A stretch of 64,000 nucleotides of DNA, from positions 45,052,145 through 45,116,144 of the forward strand of contig NC_068982.1 in the NCBI RefSeq assembly GCF_001194135.2. Direction: 5' to 3'. The notes below the pieces were generated by a model that had not been told where the DNA came from, searched no databases, and worked only from the letters and a program-made list of their open reading frames with translations. The translations under genes and the position numbers were made by a program. Positions 1 to 12,500 of this stretch are shown here, in pieces. The first letter of the stretch is position 1. Each line of letters starts with the position of its first letter. Source of the stretch: Octopus bimaculoides (taxonomy: Eukaryota).

Positions 1-415
1 TATTGGAGAAGTGGAAAGGTAAAGAAACAAAACTGTTTTCTTCTTTTTCGTGTTTTCATAAAATTAAGTAAGCAAGAAGACATGAAAACAAACAGATTTT
101 CTTAAAGAGAGGAGAATATTTACAAGAGTTGAGAGAAAGGCCTAATCTAAGCTACATAAAGTCAGATAAAAAACAACTTAAATAGAAAATTTGAGATGAA
201 ATAGGAATAGCCATCAACAGGTACTACAAAGTTATAAACATTGTTGTTGTGTATTGATTGTTCATTTTCTTGTTGATAAAACCAAATGTAGTTAATATTC
301 CATTGTAGTTTCACAGTCACACAAACTTAAAGCTAACATTACAAAATGTTGTACTTTATATATTATAGATATTTTGAGAAAAATTGATTGAAAATAATGT
401 ATAAATAAGACATAC

Positions 416-512
416 TTTTGATTCTGAATCAAGGTTAGCTGGATCAGCAGGAATGGTAACTTCCACAGTACGAGTCTCTACACATACAACACCAATTGGA
501 ATTCCTCCCAAA
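416..512 (-). CDS. ACC: ACC exon 46 (gene continues beyond position 1)
   Basis: [32 protein letters not shown]; 97 nt; donor GTATGT. Confidence 0.96.
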
Positions 513-3500
513 CTGATCAATAAAATTGAGAGTAAAAACAAATTTAGTAATATTTAAATTTCCAAAAATTTGTCATAATAGAATAATGATGAGGATGATG
601 ATGATGATGATGAGACTATTCGAAACGGCAGTAAAACATTAAAAAAAAATTAGAAATAAATTTTCTTGCAGCTCTACTTGATCATTCTCATCCTCTCTTC
701 TGAATGTGAGTAGCCATGTAGCTCCTCCTCAAGAACCTGCTCTGTTTCCTTCTCTCAAACCTTAACCCCTCATCTTCTAGCATAAAGCTGACTACCAGCC
801 TTGAGGTTTGTAGTCTTGCAAGCTACATGCTGATCTCAATAGTGCTGGTTGCACAAAAAAAACAGTTGGTATATGCTGTAAAATGGTTGATGTTAGAAAG
901 GGCATCCAGTAGACACTGGAGCCTGATGCAGTCCATAGACCCATAAGATCCTGTCAAACCATCCAGGCCATGGTTGAGTAGAGTTGAGATTTCAGAAAAA
1001 AGTATGGTAAATTCAGATCTTACAATAATACTTTATAAAAATATCCAAATATGCACTTTAAGTAGATGACAACCTATCAAACCTACACCATCATGGAAAG
1101 TAGATTAAAATGATAATGATGATGATGATGATGATTAATCTTTCATGGCCAAGAATGATGAATACATAACATGCAACTCTTACAAAACTAGAGTCCAGAG
1201 CTAATGACAATGTAAGGTAAACTGCTAACTCTACTACAGGACTCTTGTATAATTCCGAAACAAAGTGATTTCATACAGGTAGATAAAAAAGTAAGGGGAA
1301 GTAGAATAAAGTGACCATCCCAGGAATAAAACACTAGCACTGGATTAGAACCCATGGTTCATAAGCATATTATTCATTACCTTATCCACTCTCCTGTCTC
1401 ATCTGTGAATTTATGCATATACATATATGTATATCACCAGCATCACCATTCTAAATCCAACTTTCCATGCTTGCATGTGTCACACAGAATTTGTTGAGGC
1501 AGATTTTCTATGGCTGGGCGCCTTTCCTGTCACCAACTCTCACCTGTTTCCAAGCAAGGTAAAGTTTCCCATAGCCAGACAGAAGATAGGAAACAAAAAA
1601 CACCGCTTGTATGACAGTGATGCTTGTTACAACTACAATGCAATGTCAGGACATATAAACATACACATACACATGTGTATATACAGTTATATACATACTC
1701 ACAATGGCCTTCTCTCAAATTCAATTAAAAGGCTTTAGTCAACCAGGGATATAGTGCAAGACTTGTCCAAAGTGCCACACAGTGAAACTGAACCCTAAAC
1801 CAGTTGATTGGGAAAGTAAACTTCTTTACTATGCAACCATGTTATCTCTCTCTCTCTCTGTTTGTTTCCTTTTATCTACTAATGTAGAATATAAGTCCAC
1901 TTTGTAATCTTATGAAAGAAATCACCCTTTGGATTGAACACCAAACTATTGCAGACAAATTGCTAGAAGGAATGATACATATTCCCAACAGATTGGTAAA
2001 TTAAGGTAGGCAAAAACCAATGTGACATATGAAAAAATACTCATGACCTAGTTATTTGATGTGATAAGATTTAAAAAGCTGCTAAGACAAAACCAAATTG
2101 TTACCGTGCACGTCCACAAATGACTGTTTGTGCCCAGGGACGCATTATCTCCATGAAGGAATCACGATCAAAGAAGCCACTGATCCAGTCACCATCTGCA
2201 AAAGAAATTAGGTCATTTGGTTTATTTAAAATTTATTCATTGCTTGTAATAACAATGTGACAGCAATAGCCATATACAACACTACAAATAATGAAATGAT
2301 AACATGTTAATGTGTGGAGGTGCATGGCTTTGTGTCTGGGGTGTTGAACTCGTGATTGTAAAATTATGGTTTCGATTCCTGGACCAGGCAATTCAAAATG
2401 TTCTTGAGCAAAACACTTCATTTCATGTTGTTCCAGTTCATTCAACTGGTGAAAACAAGAAATCCTGCAATAGACAAGCATCCCATCCAGGGAGGAATAT
2501 ATCATCATTGTCATCGTCATCATCATCATTTAATGTCTGCTATCCATGCTGGCATGGGTTAGACAGTTTGACAGGAGCTAGCTAAGCAGAAGATTGCACC
2601 ATGCTTTGCTGTTTATTTTGGCATGGTTTTCATGGCTGAATGCTCTTCCTAACATCAACCACCCAGCAAAGTGGACTGAGTGTTTTTTATATGGCACCAG
2701 CACAGGTGAGGTCGGTCTTGGCATAGTTTTTTTTTTTTTACAGCTGGGTGCCCTTCCAAATGACAACCACTTTACAGTGCAGACCAGATGCTTTTTACAT
2801 GACACCAGCACCATATATGTCATGGAAACCTGCCCCATGAGTCTATATGACTCAAAAAGGATCCTTGTCCTTTCTCTTTGTTTTTTCAAGCATGTTAATG
2901 TAACAGCATGAACACTGACTCTCTGAAAGGAACTATTTCAGTTATTAAAGAAAATAAATTATGACACTTACAAGCTACACATTAACTCAGTTGTTATTTA
3001 GATATGAAATTAGTTTTAGGAATACAACTATAACAATAAATAAATATATATTTCCCCCATACCTCCTGCTACTTATGCAATCATGCAAACACCCCATTTA
3101 CCCACTTCTACTTACCTCATACCTTGAAAGGCCACCTGGACCTCACCTCATACCTTGAAAGGCCACCTGGACCTCATCTCTACCTTCTTATCTATCTTTT
3201 TGCAACACCAACTCATCATAATCATTCTTTCCCTCCTCTACTAAATGTGAGCAGCTGTGTCACTTTTCTACAAGAACCTGCTCTGCTCCCAACCCTGTCT
3301 CTCATACTTTAACTCTCTCAGGTTTGAAGTCCTGCGAGCTGCAGGACAACCTCAATAGTACTGGTGGCATGTAAAAAGAAACTACCCAGTGCATACTGAA
3401 AAGTGGCTGGTGTTAGGAAGGGCATCCATCCATAGAAACCATGCCAAAGCAGACATCAGAGTATAGTGCACCCACTGAGTCTTATCAAATCATCTAACCA

Positions 3501-6500
3501 CCAGGGAATATGGACATTAAATGATGATGATGTAAATATATTCCATGTACTGTGTAAACACACCCATGCTGGCGGCACGTAAAAAGCACCCAGTACACTC
3601 TGCTAAGAGGTTGGTGTTAGGAAGGGCAACCAGCCGTAGAAACCATACCACTAAAGATAATCAGAGTCTGGACAGCTTTGCTAGCCAGCTCCATGTCAAA
3701 CTGTCCAACCCATGCCAGCATGGATAGTGGATGTAAACGATCATGATGATGATAATGATGAAGACATCTAATTTCTTTGAAGAATGATCCCAAATAACAG
3801 ATTTTATATTACTGAGACTATCTAACAGATTTTATATTACTGAGACTATCTGAGAATTGTAAATACATGAAAGAAGAAAAAATGAACTTACTTGAGTCTT
3901 TCCTGCCACAAAGCATCATACGAGGATTGTAACTGGTTTTACTTGGAGTAAATTCAATGGTACGATCAATTGGATCAAGAGGACGAACAATTGGCAGTGG
4001 TCCACCGTGAAACTAAATAAAATAGGAAATTAACAGAGATTTAATCAAAATCATGGTATTACATTTTGTAACAAATTTTTCCAACATTTTCAAGTCAAAA
4101 TGTTCTAAGGGACACAGTAACTGATACATCTTTCATTTGTTTCAGTCAAGGGACTGCAGCAATGCTGGAACACATCCTTGAAGGGGTTAGTGGAACAAAT
4201 CTACTCCAGTACTTTTTTTTTCTCATAAGTAGTACTTATTTTATTAGTCTCTGTTGTCAACTACTAAGTTACAGGGACAAATACACACACACATATATAT
4301 ATTTGAAATATAAAGAAAGAAAGGAGGTATAAGATGTTTTGTTTTGGTTTACAATGATTTGTAGCCTAATTCAGTAAAGGAGCTTTTTGTGAATAACACA
4401 TCCACATATTGTGCATTAAATTTACACACACACACACACATACATTAGTTTCCCTCTACCAAGACCATTCAAGGCATTGTTCAGCTTGTGGCTTTTCTAG
4501 AAGACACTTGCTCAAGGTACCATGCAGTGGGACTGAACCTGAAACCACATGGTTGCAAAGTGAGCTTCTTAACCACACAGCCATGCCTTCAGCAAAAACT
4601 AAATTTATTAAAACAGATCATGTAACAGTAAGGCCTAGATAACAAAGCTGAATGATTTAAACAAAATTAACATTTAATGTAAAAGCTACCAGATGCAATA
4701 GAATTAATATAACCAAATATATCCCTTTCTATTGATTTACCTTAGGCATGTAAGAGAGCCACTGTAATATTTTGTAAACTCCCTCAAAATCATCTGAGGC
4801 CACATCATGGGAAATACCATTATTGTGCATGATTTGGATACCACCCAACTGAGTGTTGCTTGTATACACTTCTCGGCCAAGCACCTATAAAAAGAAGATG
4901 GAAAATAAAATTTTGGAAAAAATGACATTTTAAGATGGAGATTCAAAAATACTAAAGTTTAAAAAAAAATTATTTTCTAAACTATCAGAAAGTTCAAGTA
5001 ATTCCTAACAATGAATCTGATAAATTTCTTCCAATAATCAAATATCCTTGTTGGTATTACATTTACCCCACAGTTTATAGTCATAACACTTGTGAACAAA
5101 TACGACTAGATGACTAGGGTTTTTTTATAACCAATATAACATAATCAATATGACAGTATCATTGCTCTTGTCCGTGTTTTCCAACTTATTTTATGATCTG
5201 TCACCCAAACGTTATTGAAACAGCTGTAAACCATGCAGTAAATATCTAATATTAACTATTCTATATGAGAGCAGTGTATCCTCCATAGATCAAATAAAAG
5301 ATTAGGTTCAAAATTTCAAAACAGTTCAGGTCAACACAAGACACCTGAAGAAGGCTGGAGCATACAACACCCAAAATGTAGTGAAAGCAGTCAAGATGTG
5401 GACACCAGTCTAATATAAACAGTATACATCATACTCTATTCTTCACTTGTTTTATATATATATGTATATAAGCATCATTCAAGCGTAGCCAATGCCAGTG
5501 CCGCCTGACTGGCACCCATGCTACTGGCATGTAAAAAGTACCCACTACACCCTCAGAGTGGTTGGCGTTAGGGATGGCATCCAGCTGTAGAAACCTTGCC
5601 AAATCAGATTCGAGCCTGGTGAAGCCTCCTGGCTTGCCAGTTCTCAGTCAAACCATCCAACTCATGCCAGCACTGAAAACAGATGCTAAACGACGACAAT
5701 GATATATATACACACACACACACATACTTTTAATGTGTGTGTGTGTGTGTACACACACATTTTATAGGGCATCTGAGTATCAATAGGGTCAAGATATTTC
5801 ATAGCAAAAATGAGACAAACACAACTGACTCTCTACAATTACTGATTGCTCTATTTTGTTAACTTGAGAATTTAACAGCTAAATCATTTTATATTGCTAC
5901 TTATTGTCTCTTGAAACAGCTATATCCATGTGATTTAAATGATTCAAATATATAACACTATGAGCTAATCAAGGAGCCTCTATGCAATCTCCTAGCTTGC
6001 TAGAAATAGAAACCAAATACACCTCAAATCACAACCTCCCATCATAAAACAAAAACTGGATATTATTAAAGAAGACAGTCATGGTTGGAATGACTTTGAC
6101 CATATGTTTGTCTGGTTAGGGCAGATCAAAGTTAATAAACAACAACATACAAGTTCAGCTGGAATAAAATTCAAAAACAGAGCATGGACTTACTTTATTC
6201 AGAGCTCCAGCACCAGTTAAAATGATATGCGAGTTCTCTACTTGAATAATTCTTTGGCCAAGTCTCACAAGATAAGCACCAATGCCAATAGCTCGACAAG
6301 TCACCTGAAAAGAAAATGAAAAAAGAAATACACTCCAGAATGACTGAGTTCTTCACTTACACCAGAAATATGAAATATACATTTTAGCTGTCATGTACAA
6401 CACAAGTATAGCTGTGTGGTTAAAAAGTTATCTTCCCAACCACATTGTATCAGGTTCAGCCTCACAGCATGGCACTTTCTGCTATAGTTCTAGGCCAACC

Positions 6501-9500
6501 AAAGCTTTATGAGTGAATACGATAGATGGAAATTGAAAGAAACCGGTCATGTGTGTATGTGTGCGTGTGCACACGTGCAAGTGTGAGTATGTTTGCATCA
6601 CCATGTTAATATTGTGGAATTGTTGTAAATGAGTGTCAGTCACTTCCAATATTCAGCAAAAACCTGTCTGGCCACAGAGAAATATTACCTTGCCTGGAGA
6701 CAAGAGTTGGTGGCAGGATGGACATCTGGCCATAGAAAATCTGCCTCATGCAGGCATGTAAAAGTGGATGTTAAATGTATGATGATGTATGTTATAAGGG
6801 CAAAACAATAATAATGGAGATGGTATAATAACAGAGAGGCACACAGAGGACATCTTACTGTTTAACTGTCACCAAGTTAATACTAAATGTAAAGCCATGG
6901 TGAAGGAAGTTTCACTGGAAATTCAGTTTATATGCAAGCAGTTTTCAGCCTCAAACATACAATATTTGGAGTAGTATGCTCTAAAGCAGCATAACTTTCC
7001 TTCAAATGTTGACATTCACGGTAGTAGTGCTGACCAAGAAATGCACTGAATATTAGGACTGATGTATCTTAAGTTTCAAACAAGATGGAGATTTGCCATA
7101 AGACACTTGCAAACACAAGTCAACACCAGCTACCAGCAGCTACTAGAACCCACACAGACACATACTGGGTTTTAGGTGAGCAATTCTGTTACAGCAATAA
7201 ACTCTTACTTTCACAAATGTATTATATATGTGTGGTTGCCATACAAGTCATGCTATAAATGTTGTTGTCATTCAAAGATTATGGAGTCTTGTTGTGTTTA
7301 ATTGTGAGTTATGTGAATAAAGTGAGTGCAAAAAGTTGTGTTGTAAATATATCTACTTGATATGTAAGTCATTGTATCTTGATGCTGTACAAATAACCTA
7401 CCATCTATTCAACCTGAACATATTACATTATAGCTTTTCCCTACCAAATTAGCTTTTGCCAATTCCAAAGAAATGAATATTACAAATGAAGATGATTATT
7501 TCACAGGAAAAAATGGTTCTTATTATAGTAACAGAACTTTTAAATACAATATGCAATAACACTTACCAAACTTATTGTAACAATTTCATCATAAGCTTGA
7601 GACGTCTCTCCTGCAATCATACCAGAACCCCTCAAGTTTTCAACACCAATTCCATCTTCTTTACCTGAATCAGAAAACAGTTTAACATTAATTTCTTAAT
7701 TTTAGACTTCCTTAATTCAATGTTCATCATTTGTCAGAAAACAACTGAAAAAAATATTAAGAAATATTTGATTGTCCACATTTCTGAAGTAAATTATATA
7801 ATGGAATAGTATTGATTTATTGAACTATGGACTCCAATCAATAGCTTGGATGACTCATCATGAAACAAATCAGTTTTTCTTCAGAGTCTATAATCCTCCT
7901 GAAGAGGTCCAGGAAAGGTGAGGCCAAAAAGCTTAGCACTACAGTCATCAAAGACATTGACATCAGAACACAAAGAAGCAGAACAGATATTGCAATAGTT
8001 CCACCAAGCCACAGCCCTGGAGTGGTACATTTTTTTCTCAAACCCAAAAGGATGAAAGGCAGAGTTGAACTCAGTGAGACTTGAACTCTGAGTGTAGCGA
8101 GTTGAAACAAATACCACAAAACATTATATTTTATACTCAAACAACTCTGCTAATTCGATGTCTATTTACGACGGTGAGCACTCTACTGAAGTGAGTACTA
8201 TAATGAAGCAATAACCAGCTAATGAGCTGAATGTGTATCTGGGTTCAATTCCTAGATAAAGCCCTTTCACTTCACTTACATCAACAATGATCTTGAGGAA
8301 AGTGTGAATCAAAGTTAGTTCCTCCCTCCTATAAATTTGAGACCTTTCATTCTACGTGTAAAGCTTTTCTTTTATTGGTCTTTGATTAAAGAAATCATTT
8401 GATATTAAATGCCATATGATCGTAATAGTTATTTATATGCAAACCATAAATAGAAATTAATCGCTTCTTTCATAATAGACATGACACTTGAATGACTCAT
8501 TACATGTTTGCTTAATCAACAATATACAATTATTTTCAATCCATCAAAATTATTAAATATAAAACTTTCTTCATTTTATTTTCATTCTTAATCTTTAAAA
8601 AACCTCTGAAGAAAAATTACATTATTAATATTAATTAGATAAAATGAAGTAGTTAACTACAGGATCAAGGGGTTGTATACTGAAAGACAATATAATTTCA
8701 GTGAAGTCCTAAACCACACCAAATTATCACTTGGTAAAGAAAACATGAACAGTTCATTACTTTACATAACCAAATGCCATCAATTTATTTATTCATGAGG
8801 TCAATATCATACTGAGTTATACTCAACATCATATTCAGTATCATTTAACATCTTTTCTTTCAAATTTGGTATTATGCTTCAAGCATTTCTTCTGCAACAC
8901 CATATATTTCTATGTATACTAATCCTGAATCATTTCACTGATGAGATCCAGCATTTTCATCAACTAATCTATCTACTTTATTGCAAACCTTAATAAGTCT
9001 ATCTCTACAGATTTGTCTCTCTTGAATATATACTGGAAATTCCTTCAATACCCAGTAATTTTTTCTCCACTCACTTGTACTCAACCTTTAAAAAAACTTT
9101 TACTGTTCACGTGTAACAGGCCATGCTCAAGTCACTCCTTACTATTTAGTATATCTAGTCAATCCACTGCATTTACTAACCTCTTTTAATGTGATATAAT
9201 ATCACACTTTTAGCTCTCACCTCATGAAGATTTTTTATACAGGTTCATTTAGATGAGGACAGTTGCATAAAGTGCCGAGCTCTAATTGAAGGGTACCTGC
9301 GGAAGGGGTAGACCAAGGAGGACATGGGTTGAAGTAGTGAGAAAGGATCTTCAGACGCTGAGCCTCACTGAGGAAATGACAAGGGACCAGGAGATGTGGC
9401 AATTTGCTGTACTTGATAAGACACATCAAGTTAAGTAAAATCGCTGTCTTCCACACATACAGGCTTGTCCTTTCAGGTGTCAGTGCCACTTAAAAGGCAC

Positions 9501-12500
9501 CTGTGCCAGTGCTGCATTAATATAAACATGCTAGTACTGTGTTGACACACCCGTGCCAGAGCTATGTAAATGCACTTGTGCCGGTGACACGTAAAAAGCA
9601 CCCAGCACACTGTGAAGTGGCTGGTGCTAGAAAGGGTATCCAGCCATAGAAACCATGCCTCAACAGATAGTTGGAGTCTGGACAGTTCCCTGCTAGCCAG
9701 TTCCATGTCAAACCATCCAACCCATGCCAGCAGGGAAAGCAGATGTTAAACGATGAAGCCATAGAAACTATGCCAAAACAAATACGGAGCCTGAACAGCC
9801 CTTCAAACTGGTCAGCTCCTGTTAAACCGTCCAACCCATGCCAGCATGGACAATGGATGTTGAAGAAGAAAAAAAAGAAAGAAGAGTAATAATTCTCTAA
9901 AATATCTGTCTAAAATTCAAATTACTGTATTCTATATGATCAGTAATTACATAAATTACAAACATTAATGAGTTATTTTTTTTTACCTATGATATCAGTA
10001 ATCTTATAACGTGCTTCTCCATCATCATCTATCAGTTCAGCTCGGACAGAATTGGCAGCACTAACTTTCTTGAAATCATCAGGTCGGAGATAAAGATATT
10101 TGAAACCCTAAAGACAGATGATAAATAAAATCAGACAGTAGATGAATCAACAGATAAATAGTTTATGATGAAAAATAAGGAGAGTAAAGACAAATCAGTT
10201 TACAGAATATAAAAACTGATGGGGAAAGCAACAACATGAGATAGGGAAGACACGAGGGGGTGCTGAAAAGTTCCTGGCTTTAAAGGCATTGCAAAAGGCC
10301 TGATTGGAAGCCCAACCTTCTCAATTCTTTTACAGAGCTTACAAAAACTGAAGGACCACTGCAATAAGTGTGCGAATCTGAGAGGGGAATATGGTGAATA
10401 AAATCATCATTAACTGATTCTCCAATATTTTCTTTTACCCAAAGTCAGGGACTTTTCAGCACCCCCTTGTGTATAACAAGGAAAAAAGTGTCTAATGAAA
10501 ACACAAAAACAAAAATGTACCGACAGGCTGAAATTAGATGCCATCAGCTGAAACAAAAATGTTGTAAAAGGCAATAAGGAGTATCAAAATGACATTACAT
10601 AGTACTAATGGGAAAGTATAAGTCTGTTTTTCTAGAAACCATTTTTCTTTTATAAGGCTACAGCAATACTTACTTTATTAGGATCGATTTGATCAACCCA
10701 GGCCACACGGAACAAATGCTTAATCTCTTCTGCTAGACCAATTCTAGCACCACTGTTTGCTGCCAGGTAAATACGGGGTATTTTTAATTTGCGAGCCAGT
10801 TCAGATGCACCCTAAAACAGACAAATTAAAGCAGTAGTATTTTGATGAAGACAGAAGCAAAAATAACATAAAACAACAATTGAGGAGCATCACTTTTTTT
10901 AGAATCTATTTTTAACATTCAAAATGGATGGATTTTTTAGGATGAAAAAAAAAACCCGTTAAAACTAGGAATGAATATGTGAGGTAAACATTACGTTTTC
11001 ATTATTTTTTCACTCGACTGAAACAGAAGTGACAGCAGATTCTATCTTGAGAGCACAAACTAATATCAATTAGATATTTTGTATACATGTTTTTTAAGAC
11101 AGCATACTAGCTCCTTGACCACCCAGTGGTTCTTTAAATATTTTTATTCCTATAAAAATAGATTTCAAATTCTGACAAGCCAAATAAAGTGACTTATATT
11201 ATTATTTTTTCTTTTTAAGCTATTCATTTATGGGTACTTATATATTAAATGCAAATACAAATAATCAACATCTGAATAAATAAAAAAAAATCATACTTTG
11301 AACAACAGATCTTCTTGAGGTCCGAAAGAACCTATTTTATGTGTGATATCATTTGCAATGACAATAATATCTCGGCCATTTTGAAATTCAGGTGTTTTCA
11401 AAGTCATTTTCCAAGCAACCATACCAACCTAAGTAAATAAAATAAAAAATGGTAGTGAGAAAGATACACACAAACTATTTTCTTCTCAATTTTACATATA
11501 TTTCTCTATACTAACAGGTGTGGAATAGCTTTGGAAATATGGATGTGCACAAAATATTGAAGCAATTGTTTTTTACAGTTAGTGTTCATCCTACAACTAA
11601 CAGTGAAACAGGAGAGTACATAGCAAACAAACTGTAACTTTCCCTGTTTACATGGATTAACATGAACACATACAAATACATATTTGGGTACCAATTTTTC
11701 CACACTAGTATACTTTGGGTTATTTAGAAATGAATACATTTGTTTCAGTTATAATATTGAATTTAAGCACAAAAAAAATGTGTTCAATAAATTTCAGTGA
11801 AATTTATTTTCATTTAATGAATCACAATACAAAAATTATTACAAAAATCAATCAATCAAATGTTATCTAGATAACTTACTTCATTTTGGCCGTGTAATCG
11901 GTTCTGCATACAGATTTGTCCATGGCTATCAAGTACAAGTTCAATGTAAATAAACATATCAGACATTAGAGTGAGATCTCCTTCACCAGCTTGCATAGAA
12001 TATTCTTGCCAGAGTTTCATGAGAGCCTGCAAATAAAAGTAATTTTTATAATGCAATAACAGGAATAATAGTCATGTAACAACAACAACCGCAGCAGCTA
12101 CCACTGTCATTTTTACACTACCACTACTATTTTTACATCAGCACCATGGGCAGGTCTCCTCTGCTAGTGCCCCAGACTGACCAAAACCTTGTGAGTGAAT
12201 TTAAAAGAAGCATGTTTTGTGTGTGTGCATGCACAGACGTGCATAAGTGTGTGTGCATGTGTTTGTGTCCCACTTGCCATGATATCAACCACTAATTGCA
12301 AATGAATGTCACACAAATAGTATAACTCATTGGCTATACTCCGTGAAAATATATACAGCCACTAAGGCAATTGTGTTCAAAGGGCTAGGATAAATATTAC
12401 CTTACATGAAAACTGCTAAGGGTTGGATATAGGAAGGGTCACTGTCCACAGAAAATCTACCTTATCTGACTCATGCAAACACGGGAAAATAGACATTAAA

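Noticed and set aside
1427-2911. ORF-track ORFs such as 1427-1738, 2304-2585, 2578-2889 and 2594-2911
   Set aside because: They lie across family B/D repeats and microsatellites, have no recognisable protein motif and are chance open frames.
7860-8084. Plus-strand 74-aa ORF as a nested gene
   Set aside because: Its 3' half is a reversed SINE A fragment; there is no recognisable domain or splice support.
9235-9489. Minus-strand 84-aa ORF as an ACC exon
   Set aside because: It is the antisense of an RTE ORF terminus; exons 40 and 41 join without it.
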